A stretch of 64,000 bases of DNA from Halieaceae bacterium (GCA_047635315.1 JBLIIW010000001.1:225-64224), one strand, 5' to 3'; numbered from the stretch's first letter, positions 40,239 to 51,600 are shown. Made by a program: numbers and translations. Notes: a model not told the origin generated them from the letters alone.

Positions 40239-40616
40239 CTAGGCCGGCGGTACCTGTTCGTCCATAAACAGCAGTGCCGCCTTCCACTGGTCGATATCGG
40301 ATCCCAGGGCGTTGAGAATCTCGAATCCCGCGATCCATGTGCCCGGCGTTGTCTTGTCCTGCATACGCCATCGCACCTGACTAACGAGGTAAAAGGGCTC
40401 GTCCTTACCCGGTAGTTCTACGCCGACCTGCAGTATTGCTCCAACGGTAACAGATTGCCCAAGGCGAACTCGCAGTCCACCCTGGGAGACTTCCAGGGTT
40501 TCACAGCGAGCGACCTTGCCGGGTCCGAGGCTGCCCGGCGGGGGAGATTCTATTTCTATAAATACCCGTGATTCCACGGGTAAGCGTAGGAAGTGACGCT
40601 TACTCTTGCCACTCAT
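40239..40616 (-). CDS. Stand-alone PilZ domain protein
   Basis: KRHFLR (RxxxR) and EVSQGG (D/NxSxxG-like) motifs; VRW..AGFE. Confidence 0.78.
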   Translation of the reverse strand: MSGKSKRHFLRLPVESRVFIEIESPPPGSLGPGKVARCETLEVSQGGLRVRLGQSVTVGAILQVGVELPGKDEPFYLVSQVRWRMQDKTTPGTWIAGFEILNALGSDIDQWKAALLFMDEQVPPA

Positions 40617-42832
40617 CTGTCTTCTCCACGGACGCGTTCAACCTCGTCTCTGAAGTAACTGTGGGTTTCGAGAATATCGACCAGCCCGCGATCCATCAGT
40701 GCCAGCAATTCACCCCGGCTCAGTTCGCGTAGCGCAATTCCTTTTCTGTTAACGAAGATGTAATTGTCCCGGCGCGGATCGAAGACGGCGAGCTTCGCCA
40801 TCATGGGCGTCTCACCGTCGTGGAATCCCAGCCAGGCTCCCATAGGGACTTCCACCTCGCGGATTTCCGGTTTCGCGAGCGGGGGCTCCTGCGGCGCAAA
40901 CGGAGGCGCTGCTGTGGGCTGCGGCGCAACCGGAGGCGCTGCTGCGGGTTGCGGTGAAACCCGCTCCTGCACTGGGCTCACCGGTGTCTGTGAGAGTAGC
41001 GCGGCCGTCGCTGCGGGCATCGCCTCCGGGGGCGCAGCCACAGGCCGCTGCGGTGGTGGTGGCGCTGGCGGGAGTTCCTCTTCGATATCGAGGGTTAGTT
41101 CAAGGATTTCCTCGGTGAGCGGCGCGGCGGGGATTACCGGTGCTGTGGTCTCAGGCTGCTCCGGGAGTAGCTCGTCCCAGACGGCGGCTTCTGACTCCGC
41201 CAGGCGCTCGCGGCCCTGCAGAACGCTATCCTGTTCTGGCATCTCTGATTCCGCCGCCGGGGCTTCTTCGTAGGGCCGGAGGCTATCTGCAGACGTGCTT
41301 GCGCCGCTGTCCGCTGCGGGTGATTCCCCCGGCGGAACACGGTTTTCCGGGGTGTTGAGACTCGACAGCGGTGCCTGCCAGGGCGCCTGTTCAGGCTCGG
41401 CTTGAGGTTCAGGCCCAAGCTGAGGTTCAGGTTCAGGCGTTGGCTGCGTTTCAATCACCCGTTCGTCTGCGGGCTCTCCTTTCGCGGCAAGAGGCCGGTA
41501 GTCGGGATCCAGCCATTGTTGGAGCGCATCGTCGCTGTCCATGCCGGCGGCCGCAGCGAGGCTGATGCTGAAGGTGTGCCGATCCGGCAGCGGCGCTGCA
41601 AATCCGTCGTTCAGACGCTGGCGAAATGCACGGCTGGGCAGATCCAGGGCCTTCAGTCCGACAAAGTTGGTGAACAGGAGATGGCTCGAGTTTTCCAGTT
41701 GCAGCGCCAGCTGCGCTCGCAGGGCGCCGTCCTCGTCTTCAAAATCATACCAATGGCCGTTACTAAAGGACTCGCCGCTACCCGGTTCATGGGTGCTGCT
41801 GTCCTCATCCACTGGGATAAGCCCAATTCTGATGAGTTGCAGTTGTTGCCCGTATTGCAGTCGCAGGTGCGCGTATTCGACCAGACCGATGGCGCCGTCC
41901 GTTGCGTCGCTGTCGTGTTCCAGACTGAGGAGCCAGTTTCTCAGTTCGCCTGGAATGTGGCGCAGGAGTTGCTCCTGACGATCGCGATGGTCATTTGTAT
42001 CGGAGTCCGCATGCTGGACCGACTCCATCAGGTGACGAGTTGCGCGCTGCATTTGCAACCACTCCTGGGAGCTCGCGCCAAACTTCACCAGCACCAGCTG
42101 TGCGCTGTCGTACCAGGCCCCTTTGAGGAAATCGCCAATGGCGGCGGGGAGTTGAAATTCCTTCAGTCCGTCGTTGATGTGCGTCGCCGCGCCGCGCCGC
42201 GCCGCCAGGGTCTTGATACGCGCTGTTTCTGTCTCCAATAGCCGCTGCACCATACGCTGGGCGCGAGCACTATCGCGCTCATTGGCGGCGACGAATTCAC
42301 GGGTGATCAGGTCTATATCGAGCTGCTCGTCCTTGAACCACTCCAGGGCCTTTTCCACGGCCCGTTCCACACGCTGCTCAAGCATCTGCCCGGCGCGATC
42401 GAGGCGTTGCTGCCAGCCTACGGCGCCGCTTTGCAGCGCGTCCAGCATTTGGTGTAGCGCATGACCGCCGGGGAGGAAGAAAAGAGGCTCACTGATTGCG
42501 ACAGCAACCGCCAAAGGCAGCAGGCGATGTATGTGACCCCGGAGCGGCTCCTCGAGAGGGAAGCTCTCTTCCCAGTAGCTAAAAGCCTCACAGACCCACA
42601 CCAGTGCTGCATAGTCTTCGGCGGCCAAATGCGGAGTGCGGTTCTTTCTGGCGGCTCGTCGCTTGATGGTTGAGAGCGGCGATCCGTCCGTGTCCTTGCT
42701 ACGGGCAAGGTACTCAAGGATCTCGCTGCGCTGCAGGGTCTGCGCGCTCCGCGGGGCCTGTTCCGCAAACAGCGAAACCACGGTGTCTCGCAGAGAATGG
42801 GTCAGCGGTATGAAGTGGGGTGAGATGGCCAT
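40613..42832 (-). CDS. DUF1631-like protein with Pro/Glu-rich insertion
   Basis: FFLPGGHALHQMLD, LP.AI.DFL.GAW, C-terminal G.W..F...AKLA...YIFVNRKG; start taken at ATG 42832. Confidence 0.72.
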   Translation of the reverse strand: MAISPHFIPLTHSLRDTVVSLFAEQAPRSAQTLQRSEILEYLARSKDTDGSPLSTIKRRAARKNRTPHLAAEDYAALVWVCEAFSYWEESFPLEEPLRGHIHRLLPLAVAVAISEPLFFLPGGHALHQMLDALQSGAVGWQQRLDRAGQMLEQRVERAVEKALEWFKDEQLDIDLITREFVAANERDSARAQRMVQRLLETETARIKTLAARRGAATHINDGLKEFQLPAAIGDFLKGAWYDSAQLVLVKFGASSQEWLQMQRATRHLMESVQHADSDTNDHRDRQEQLLRHIPGELRNWLLSLEHDSDATDGAIGLVEYAHLRLQYGQQLQLIRIGLIPVDEDSSTHEPGSGESFSNGHWYDFEDEDGALRAQLALQLENSSHLLFTNFVGLKALDLPSRAFRQRLNDGFAAPLPDRHTFSISLAAAAGMDSDDALQQWLDPDYRPLAAKGEPADERVIETQPTPEPEPQLGPEPQAEPEQAPWQAPLSSLNTPENRVPPGESPAADSGASTSADSLRPYEEAPAAESEMPEQDSVLQGRERLAESEAAVWDELLPEQPETTAPVIPAAPLTEEILELTLDIEEELPPAPPPPQRPVAAPPEAMPAATAALLSQTPVSPVQERVSPQPAAAPPVAPQPTAAPPFAPQEPPLAKPEIREVEVPMGAWLGFHDGETPMMAKLAVFDPRRDNYIFVNRKGIALRELSRGELLALMDRGLVDILETHSYFRDEVERVRGEDR
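40890..40954. repeat. 30-bp coding tandem repeat (PQPxAAPPxA), ~2.2 copies
   Basis: TGCGGCGCAAACGGAGGCGCTGCTGTGGGC / TGCGGCGCAACCGGAGGCGCTGCTGCGGGT / TGCGG. Confidence 0.8.
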
Positions 42833-42858
42833 GGCGCGCCGCAGATCGGGGCGCGCTT

Positions 42859-44322
42859 TTAGCGCGCGCTCTTGAGCAGTTGATCGACGACGCGTTCCAA
42901 CTGCTGCAGGTTGCTGCACGGCGCACAGAAATTGCAGGCGCTCTGGTAGCGCAACATCTCTGAGTCCCCGGTACCCCAGGCTTGGCGAGCCTCAGGGTTG
43001 AGCCAGATTACTTGCTTACTGCGCTGGTAAATACTCTGCATGATTTCCAGCTCCGGGTTACCTCGGTTATTGCGCGCGTCTCCGAGAATGATAACCGATG
43101 TGTTGCGATTGATATCATCGAGAGCCAGTTTGGCAAAATCGCGCAGACTGCTTCCGTAATCGGTAGCGCCACCGTAGCGCCAATTGGCCAGCTCGATCGC
43201 GCGTTCCATAGGCTCCTGCTCGAACAGCGCGCTGATTTCTCCCATGTGACTGGAAAATGCAAAGCTGCGGGTGCGCGGGAGCACATCTTGCAGGCTGTAC
43301 AGAAACATCAACAGAAAACCCGCGTAGGCCGCAACAGAACCGCTCACATCGCACACGACCAGCAACTGCGCCTTGTCGCGTTTGCGCGAGCGCCAGTAGG
43401 TGCGAAAGAGCACGCCGTCGTGGGCCATGCCGCTGCGCAGGGTGCGTCCCATATGCAGCTGCCCGCGCTTTACCGGACGCCGCCGGGCGCTGTGGCGACT
43501 GGCCAGTCGCCGGGCCATGCGGCGAACCTGATCGCGAACTCGATCCCGATGGCGGTGATCGATGTTTGAAAGACGAGTTGTACGCAGCAGTTCTTCCATG
43601 AAAGCGGCCGTATGTCCCTCCCCATGGAGTAGGTACTGCTTTTCGACGTAATCGCGTACCTGTTCGCGAAGCACGTCGCGGTAGCGCCGCAGTGTGTCGA
43701 GGGCGGCAGAATCCGCGCGTTCAAGCTCTACCACCGCGTCGCGAATCTGCGCTTCGCCCATGGCGTCGAGAATGCGGCGTGTGAACTGACCCTTCTGGGT
43801 AAACAGGCGGATTTCGTTGAGGCCCGCCGCCTGGCCGGCGCGGCGCATTGCGGTACTCAGGCTGCCTCGCTCGTTCGCCAGCAGCGCTGGCAGCAGTTGG
43901 CCGTCGAGTAACTCGCGCAGGGCGGGCGATGCTTCGGCGGCGCTTGCCAGTGCCTCGGTGTCGTCGCCCCCGGGTCCGGCCCCTGCAGCGGCTTCGGCCG
44001 GCGTTCCGCTTGTGCCATCGCTATCATTACTGTCCGAATTCGCGGCATCCATCGCTGCGTCATCGCCAAGCTGTTCGTCCTCGCCTGTCGCGCTGTGAAA
44101 ATCCGCGGCCTGCTGATCGAAAAAGCGGTCGAAGCAGCGAAAAAAAGTCGCCTGCTCCCGGTCCGATTTTGCCAGGGTCATGGCCAGCGCATCGCGCAGA
44201 GCCGCACGGTCGCCGTAGCCGATCGCTTCCATGGCCGCAGCCGCATCCAGGGTCTCTGCGGGGGACACGGGCAGCGAGTGGCCGCGCAGGATGTTGACAA
44301 AACGCAGCAGGGTCGACTGCAT
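42859..44322 (-). CDS. VWA domain protein, CoxE-like
   Basis: CDVSGSV MIDAS, GATDYG, IILGDARNN, VIWLNPE..WGTGDS. Confidence 0.88.
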   Translation of the reverse strand: MQSTLLRFVNILRGHSLPVSPAETLDAAAAMEAIGYGDRAALRDALAMTLAKSDREQATFFRCFDRFFDQQAADFHSATGEDEQLGDDAAMDAANSDSNDSDGTSGTPAEAAAGAGPGGDDTEALASAAEASPALRELLDGQLLPALLANERGSLSTAMRRAGQAAGLNEIRLFTQKGQFTRRILDAMGEAQIRDAVVELERADSAALDTLRRYRDVLREQVRDYVEKQYLLHGEGHTAAFMEELLRTTRLSNIDHRHRDRVRDQVRRMARRLASRHSARRRPVKRGQLHMGRTLRSGMAHDGVLFRTYWRSRKRDKAQLLVVCDVSGSVAAYAGFLLMFLYSLQDVLPRTRSFAFSSHMGEISALFEQEPMERAIELANWRYGGATDYGSSLRDFAKLALDDINRNTSVIILGDARNNRGNPELEIMQSIYQRSKQVIWLNPEARQAWGTGDSEMLRYQSACNFCAPCSNLQQLERVVDQLLKSAR

Positions 44323-45276
44323 TTAGCTGTGACCGAAACGGTCGCCGGTTTTGGCCGTGCGCAGGAGGGAGGCCATTTCTGACTCGGCGCTCTCGATGTC
44401 CTGCTCAAATTTGAGTAGAACGTTCAGGGTGTCTTTTACCAGCGTCTCTTCGAGGTCTGTGGCATGCAGTAGCAGCAGGCTGCGAGCCCAGTCGATGGTT
44501 TCAGATATAGCCGGTTGCTTCTTCAGATCCAGTTCGCGTAGCGCGTGCACGAAAGCCACCAGCTGTTGGCGCATGCTTACAGCGATGTCCGGGACCCGGC
44601 TCTCGAGGATACGCGTTTCAAGTTGGATGCTGGGGAACGGTATATGCAGATGCAGGCAGCGGCGCTTGAGCGCGTCCGATACATCGCGGGTATTGTTGCT
44701 GGTCAGGAATACCAGGGGCGTCGAAACCGCGTGCACAGTACCGATTTCCGGGATAGATACCTGGTAGTCGGAGAGAATCTCCAGCAGCAGGGATTCGAAC
44801 TCCTGATCTGATTTGTCTATTTCGTCGATGAGCAGCACGGCGCCAGCGGGTTGCTGCATGGCTTGCAAGAGCGGCCGCGGTTCGAGGAACTCCTCGGAAT
44901 AAAATACGTCGCCAAAGCGATGCAGTCGCTCTACTGATTCGGCCAGACCCTGCGCCCCGTCAAGCAGTTCGCCGAGCTTCTCCTTGAGCACCTGCGTGTA
45001 GAGCAGCTGCTTGCCATATTTCCACTCATAGAGCGCTTTGGCCTCGTCCAGACCCTCGTAGCACTGCAGGCGTAGCAGGGGCAGCTCCAGAAGCGTGGCG
45101 GCGGTCTTTGCCAGTTCTGTTTTACCGACGCCTGGTGGCCCTTCCACGAGCACGGGTTTGCGTAGCTTTGCGGCGAGAAACACCGCCGTGGCGATGCGCG
45201 GGCTACAGATATAGCCGAGTCTCGCAAACCCCGATTCGATCTCCCCTATTGAGGCCAGTTCCTGTCGCTTGTCCAC
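44323..45276 (-). CDS. MoxR-family AAA+ ATPase, CoxD-like
   Basis: EGPPGVGKTELAK, RLQCYEGLDEAKALYEW, LLIDEIDK, DALKRRC, ETIDWA. Confidence 0.92.
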   Translation of the reverse strand: MDKRQELASIGEIESGFARLGYICSPRIATAVFLAAKLRKPVLVEGPPGVGKTELAKTAATLLELPLLRLQCYEGLDEAKALYEWKYGKQLLYTQVLKEKLGELLDGAQGLAESVERLHRFGDVFYSEEFLEPRPLLQAMQQPAGAVLLIDEIDKSDQEFESLLLEILSDYQVSIPEIGTVHAVSTPLVFLTSNNTRDVSDALKRRCLHLHIPFPSIQLETRILESRVPDIAVSMRQQLVAFVHALRELDLKKQPAISETIDWARSLLLLHATDLEETLVKDTLNVLLKFEQDIESAESEMASLLRTAKTGDRFGHS

Positions 45277-45304
45277 GCTGCGCGCCGCTACTCCCTGGTT
45301 GCTC

Positions 45305-46312
45305 TCAGCCGCCCGTGGCGTTCATAAAGCGCAGGACCTGAGGCTCCTCGCCCAAGTCAAAGTGGTGTTTTTCCGGCTTCAGCACCATGGCGTCAATGAG
45401 CGCCTGCTGAAGCGTATCGCTGTCGCCGCCGGAGCGCAGTATCTCGCGCAGATCGACGGAGTGCTCGTTTCCGAGGCACAGCAGCAACCGACCTTCCACA
45501 GTGACGCGCACGCGGTTGCAAAGATGACAAAAATTATTGCTGTGCGGGGAGATGAAGCCGACCCGGCTGTCGCTGTCGGGCATGCGGTAAAACCGCGCGG
45601 GGCCCTGGGTGCCGCTGGGGTCGCCCAGGGCAGTCAGGCTGTAGCGCTGTTCGATCTGTTCTATTAGCCAGTCGCTGTCAGCCAGAGTCAGCGCGCGATC
45701 ATGCTCGGTGATCTGGCCCAGGGGCATTTCTTCGATAAAGGCAATATCGATACCGCGAGCGCGGGCAAAGTCAATCAGATCGATAACTTCATCGTCATTG
45801 CGGCCGCGCATAATCACGGCGTTGAGTCGCAGGCGTTCGAAACCGGCGTCGCAGGCGGCATCGATTCCGGCGATAACCTGCTCGAGATGTCCGGTCCGCG
45901 TGAGCTGGCGGAAGCGCCGTGGCGAGAGGCTGTCGAGGCTGATGTTCAGGCGCGCCACACCGGCCTCGCGCAGCGGCCGGGCCAGGCGCTGTAGCTGCGA
46001 GCCGTTAGTTGTCAGCGCCAGTTCGCTCAGGCCGGGCAGGGATCCAAGATGCTCCGCCAGTTGCATAACGTTGTGACGGATAAGCGGCTCGCCGCCGGTC
46101 AGCCTTATCTTGCTAACGCCCAGCGCGACGAAAGCCTCGGCGACCTGGGCGAGTTCCTCCAGGGACAGGATTTCGGCTTTAGGCGCGAACTGCATGTCTT
46201 CCGCCATGCAGTAAACACAGCGAAAATCACAGCGGTCCGTCACTGAAAGTCTCAGATAATCGACGCGCCGTCCGAAAGAATCGGTCAGCGTAGTTGCTGG
46301 GGTTGTGAGCAT
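45305..46312 (-). CDS. moaA: GTP 3',8-cyclase MoaA
   Basis: [32 protein letters not shown]-terminal GG. Confidence 0.96.
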   Translation of the reverse strand: MLTTPATTLTDSFGRRVDYLRLSVTDRCDFRCVYCMAEDMQFAPKAEILSLEELAQVAEAFVALGVSKIRLTGGEPLIRHNVMQLAEHLGSLPGLSELALTTNGSQLQRLARPLREAGVARLNISLDSLSPRRFRQLTRTGHLEQVIAGIDAACDAGFERLRLNAVIMRGRNDDEVIDLIDFARARGIDIAFIEEMPLGQITEHDRALTLADSDWLIEQIEQRYSLTALGDPSGTQGPARFYRMPDSDSRVGFISPHSNNFCHLCNRVRVTVEGRLLLCLGNEHSVDLREILRSGGDSDTLQQALIDAMVLKPEKHHFDLGEEPQVLRFMNATGG

Positions 46313-46469
46313 GTGCAGAAGTGTACTCTGGGCTGAGCTTAGTACCAAGTGCAGTCGCACCTTTACAGGCCAGCCGCGCTGCGACAGGATGCGCCGCTAT
46401 GGCGATATTCCTGTTTGTGGATTTTCCCCGGGCCTCCGAAAGCGGTGCTTTGGACCAAGGCCGTGTCTC

Positions 46470-47846
46470 TTGATACGGCGTATGGCTCTGCTCCTGGGTC
46501 CGCTGCTGTCCCTTGCTGCGGGGGCCACGGCACATTCCCTGGGCCTTGCGCCGGATGTGGCCGTCGTCATCGGGGTGGCGATCATCTGCATCGTGTGGTG
46601 GATTTTTGAACCGATCCCGATCCCGGTGACTTCGCTGATTCCCCTCGCAGTGCTGCCCATGCTCGGTGTACTGACCCCCGCGGAAGTGGGGCAGGCCTAC
46701 GGCTCGCCACTGATTCTGCTCCTCCTGGGCGGCTTTCTGCTATCTCAGGCCATGGAGGGTAGCGGCGCACACCGACGTATCGCGCTGGGCATGATCCGTT
46801 TATTTGGGGCGCGCAGCCCCCAGCGTTTGGTGCTGGGCTTTATGGTCGCGGCCGCGGTGCTCAGCATGTGGATTTCCAATACGGCGACCACCCTCATGCT
46901 GTTGCCCGTGGCGCTTGCGGTACTGGAAGGCGTGGAAGATCGCGAGCGTCTTGCGGTGCCCCTGTTGCTGGGTCTTGCCTACGCGGCGAGCGTGGGCGGC
47001 GTCGGTACGCCCATTGGCACACCGCCCAATCTCATCTTTATGCAGATCTACGAGGAATACACCGGCGAGGCGGTGTCCTTCACCCGCTGGATGAGTTGGG
47101 GCCTGCCGGTGGTTGTCGTGCTGATCCCCATCATGGCCTGGTCCCTGACCCGTCGCCTGCAACTGCAGACCGAGATTCGACTGCCCGGTGTCGGGCCCTG
47201 GCGCGCCGCAGAGCGCCGGGTGCTGATAATTTTTGCGCTGACAGCACTGGCCTGGATTACCCGCAGTGAGCCCTTTGGCGGCTGGCGGCTGTGGCTTGAT
47301 TTGCCGCAGGCAAACGATGCGTCTGTGGCCCTGCTGGCGGTGGTCCTGATGTGTGTAGTGCCCAACGGCGAGGGCGGTCGCCTGCTGGACTGGGAGCGCG
47401 CGAGCCGCATCCCCTGGGGCGTGCTGCTGTTGTTTGCCGGGGGTATCTGTCTGGCCAAGGGCTTTGTGGCGTCGGGCTTGAGCGACATGCTGGGTACCGC
47501 CCTGGCATCGCTGGTTGTCATGCCCGCCTTCTTGCTGATTCTGCTGGTGTGCCTGATCGTCACCTTCATGACCGAAACTACCAGTAACACGGCCAGTACC
47601 ACGCTGCTTATGCCCGTGTTGGCGGCGGCGGCCTTGGCGGCGGACCTACCGCCGGAAATGATTATGGTGCCGGCCGCCATGAGCGCCAGCTGTGCGTTCA
47701 TGCTGCCGGTCGCAACCGCGCCCAACAGCGTGGTCTTTGGCTCCGGCTATATCAGCATAGCCCGCATGGCCCGGGAGGGTCTGTTGCTCAATATTATTGC
47801 TGCGTTGGTTATTGCCGGCGTGTGCTACGGAGTTATTGTTCCATGA
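46470..47846 (+). CDS. SLC13/DASS family di-/tricarboxylate or sulfate transporter
   Basis: SMWISNTAT, GTPIGTPPN, TETTSNTA, FMLPVATAPN; start estimated (TTG 46470 or ATG 46482). Confidence 0.9.
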   Translation: MIRRMALLLGPLLSLAAGATAHSLGLAPDVAVVIGVAIICIVWWIFEPIPIPVTSLIPLAVLPMLGVLTPAEVGQAYGSPLILLLLGGFLLSQAMEGSGAHRRIALGMIRLFGARSPQRLVLGFMVAAAVLSMWISNTATTLMLLPVALAVLEGVEDRERLAVPLLLGLAYAASVGGVGTPIGTPPNLIFMQIYEEYTGEAVSFTRWMSWGLPVVVVLIPIMAWSLTRRLQLQTEIRLPGVGPWRAAERRVLIIFALTALAWITRSEPFGGWRLWLDLPQANDASVALLAVVLMCVVPNGEGGRLLDWERASRIPWGVLLLFAGGICLAKGFVASGLSDMLGTALASLVVMPAFLLILLVCLIVTFMTETTSNTASTTLLMPVLAAAALAADLPPEMIMVPAAMSASCAFMLPVATAPNSVVFGSGYISIARMAREGLLLNIIAALVIAGVCYGVIVP

Positions 47847-48484
47847 ACTATTGGATACGCGCTGCGGGGCTGCTTTGCATAGTCATTTCTCTTGGCTTGC
47901 TCTATCCGGGTGTCACCAAACCGGTTCTTACACTCAGTGGTGAATTGGAAAAAGCCGAGCTTGCGGAGTTCGGTATCGATCTGCTGGCCGGGGAGAGCAC
48001 CAACAGCCAGACCCGGGACATGCTCAACATGTTGTCTCGCTTCATGGGGCTCGATCAGATCGAGGGGCGTGTTGAGGCTTATCGTTCCACGCGCTCTATC
48101 GTTTCCATATCGCAGGAACTGGCCGATGGCGGAAATCGCCTCGTTGCGCTGATGATTGTGACTTTCAGCATAGTCATACCGGTCATCAAGCTGCTGCTCC
48201 AGGCTTTGGCCCTGTTGCTGCCGGCCACACCCGGCAGGCGCCTGCTCGGCTTTAACGCGATGTTGGGCAAGTGGTCCATGGCGGATGTTTTTGTCATGGC
48301 CATGCTGATCGCCTTCATGGCCGGGCGCGCATCCGGGCAGGTCGGTGAGCTATTGGTTATGAACGCCCGGCTGGAGGAGGGGTTCTGGTATTTTCTTGCC
48401 TACTGTCTGTTCGCGATTGTCGCCGGGGCGCTACTGCAGTACCTGAGCCGACAGGAGGGAGGCAATCGCGCTACAACTACTTGA
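47843..48484 (+). CDS. Paraquat-inducible protein A (PqiA) family, single domain
   Basis: FSIVIPVIK, LGKWSMADVFV motifs; ATGA overlap with the SLC13 gene. Confidence 0.8.
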   Translation: MNYWIRAAGLLCIVISLGLLYPGVTKPVLTLSGELEKAELAEFGIDLLAGESTNSQTRDMLNMLSRFMGLDQIEGRVEAYRSTRSIVSISQELADGGNRLVALMIVTFSIVIPVIKLLLQALALLLPATPGRRLLGFNAMLGKWSMADVFVMAMLIAFMAGRASGQVGELLVMNARLEEGFWYFLAYCLFAIVAGALLQYLSRQEGGNRATTT

Positions 48485-48600
48485 GAGGGTGTTCGGCTGC
48501 GCAAAACCGTGGCCAGTTTCAGGATTCGCAACCGCGGCTCCTCAGAGCACAGTCCTCGCGATGAAAAACAGGTCGCCTGCGGTCAACGGCGCCAACAGCT

Positions 48601-51600
48601 TCATTTATCTGCGCTGCGCGCGTCCGCGAGGGCGCGCTCAAGTAACTTGCCTTTGTGGCCGGGGGGGTGGGTATTTTTTGCGAGGAGGGCGTAGAAGATT
48701 GGCGTAATCAACAGCGTTAGGATTGAGCCAATGATGATGCCCGCGAAAATGACGACACCGATCACGTACCGACTTTCGGATCCAGCACCGCTGGCAACCA
48801 GTAGGGGTAGGGAGCCGATGGCCGTGGTCACCGAAGTCATTAAGATTGGCCGGAGCCGTTCTGCGGAACCTTCCAGTATGGCCTCCCTGAACGGGAGCCC
48901 GCTGTCGCGTTTTTGGTTGATAAACTCCACGATCAACACCCCGTTCTTGGCCGCCAGCCCTACCAGCATCACCAGCGCGATCTGGCTGTAGATGCTTAGC
49001 GTTTGGTCGGCCAGATAGAGACCCAGTAGGGCGCCGACCACAGATAGCGGGATGGCGATCATAATGACCAGTGGTTGTACGAAGCTTTCGAACTGGGCAA
49101 CAAGCACCAGGTAGGCGATCAGCAGCGCCAGCCCAAAAGTGAATAAGCTGGACCCCGATGACTCGACAAAGTCCAGGGACTCTCCCTTATAGTCAATGGA
49201 TACCCCTGGCGGCAGCTTCTCGCGAACGACCTCACGCATGAAGTCGAGTGCCTCGCCAAGCGTGTAGTCACCCACCAGGTTTGCCGTAATCGTTATGGAG
49301 CGGATCCTGTTGAAGCGATTCAGGCTTTGCGGCTCGGCGACTTCTTTTATTGTGACCAGATTGTCCAGTGAGACCAGTTCGCCGGTAGTTGACGACCGCA
49401 CATACAGTGAACCGATATCCTGTGGAGTCATACGCTGGCTCCGTTCGCCGTGAAGAATGACGTTGCGTTCTGCACCATTCAGCAGGAATGTCGTCGTCTG
49501 GCGTGAGCCGAAGAAGGTTTCCAGCGTGCGACTGACGGCCACCGTGCTCACCCCCAGGTCCCCGGCCCTGTTCACGTCGATAGCGACCAGCATCTGCGGC
49601 TTGTTTTCTTTGTGGTCGTGGTCAATTCGCGCCAGCCCCGGATTTTTCTCCGCTTCCAGTAGCAGCGTATCGCGCCAGTCACGAAGTGTTTTGTAGTCGG
49701 CACCGCCGATAACGAACTGCACGGGCGCGCCGCTTCCAAGGCCGAGTCCTTTAGGTACGATTGCAAACGCCGTCACTCCAGTGATATCCGCGATTTGGCG
49801 GTTTATGTCCGCAGCGATAACCCGCGCGTCGCGTCGTCCGGATCCCCAGTCCGAGAGGGGCATGAATATGGTGCCGCCGTTGAAAGCATTCCTGCCACCG
49901 AATCCAGGCACGTTGGACAGGATATTTTCGACTTCCCCGGCCTCCACCAGACGCATCAGGCGCTCTTCAATTTGCTCCACATAGGCGGTAGTCGTCTCGA
50001 AGGAGGCGCCCTCAGGCCCTTCGATGATCAGGAAGATGTAACCCCTGTCTTCGTAAGGCGTGTACTCGGAGGCGATGACGGTCACCAACCATCCGATGGT
50101 GACAACGACAAGTAGGCAGACGCAGATTACGATCACGCGCGCGTTCAGCAGATAGTTCAGGATTGAGAGGTAGACACGCTTGACGAATTCAAGGTTGCTG
50201 TTGACTCTCTTTGCCAGCCAATTGCTCTCAACCGGTTTCAGCAGGATGCTGGAAAGCGCCGGCGTGAGGGTCAGCGCCACGAGCGAAGAAAACGCGATAG
50301 CAGCAGAAAGCGTGACGGCAAACTCCCCAAATAGCTGCCCTACCTTGCCTTGGAGAAATGTTATGGGCGTGAAGACGGATATCAGGATGACGGACGTGGC
50401 GATGACGGCGAAGGAGACCTGTCGCGATCCCTCGAAGGACGCGATCAGTGGATCGACTCCACTGGTCACACGGGAGTACACGTTTTCCAGCACCACGATG
50501 GCGTCATCGATGACCAGGCCAATGGCGAGAATCAGTGCCAGCAGCGTGATCATGTTGAGTGAGTAACCAAATACGCTGAGGGCGATAAATGTTGATACTA
50601 CAGAGATTGGCAGTGTCAGCGCCGGGATCAGCGTTGCTCGCCAGTCGCCGATGAACAGATAAGTCATCAGGATGACGAGCACGGAGGCGAACGCAAACGT
50701 TCGGTAGACCTCCTGTACCGCGCTGTCCACGAACACCGAGTTATCCGAAATAACGCGCATCTCAACACCGGGCGGCAGGGTGTCCTTTACCCGCTCGATT
50801 TCCTGTCGGACGTCTCTCCCCACCTGCACCAGGTTTGCAGTGCTTTGTTTGACGACACCGAGCCCGATGTTGGCCTGGCCATTACTGTGGAAGAAGTTTC
50901 GGTACTCCTCCTCAGCCACTTCAACGCGGGCCACGTCGCCCAGCCGCACCAGGCCACCGTCGGACGTTCGCGTGATGATCAGGTCGCGGAACTGCTGCTC
51001 TGTGCGGTAGCTGCGCACCACGCGCAGGGAGAAGTCCCTGGTCTTGGACTGAATGCTGCCTGCCGGCAATTCCACATTTTGTTGTTGCAAGGCGGCGCTG
51101 ATGTCTTCCACCGTAAGGCCGCGGGCGGCTAACTCTCCGCGATCCAGCCATATCTTCATGGAGTACAGCAGGCCACCAGAAACAACGATGCGGGCGACCC
51201 CGTCTATGGAAGAAAACCTGTCAACCAGGAAGCGCTCGGCGAGGTCAGTGACTTCCAGGCGATCGAGGGTATTACTCGAAAGGTTAAACCACAGCATCGG
51301 ATTATCATCACTGCCGGATTTGCGTATTTGCGGTGCAGTAGCCTCCTCGGGCAGCGCATTGGCGATACGGCCGATACTGTCGCGTATATCGTTGGCTGCG
51401 GCATCGATGTCCCGCGACGTGTCGAATTCGAGGGTGATGTTGGAGCGTCCATCGGAGCTGCTGGAGGCGATTGTTTTGACCCCCTCGATACCCGACAGCC
51501 TGCTCTCCAGTGGCTCAGTAATTTTCGCTTCTACCACTTGTGCGGATGCGCCCAGGTAATCCGTGGAAATCGAAATAACCGGCGTATCGATGTCTGGATA

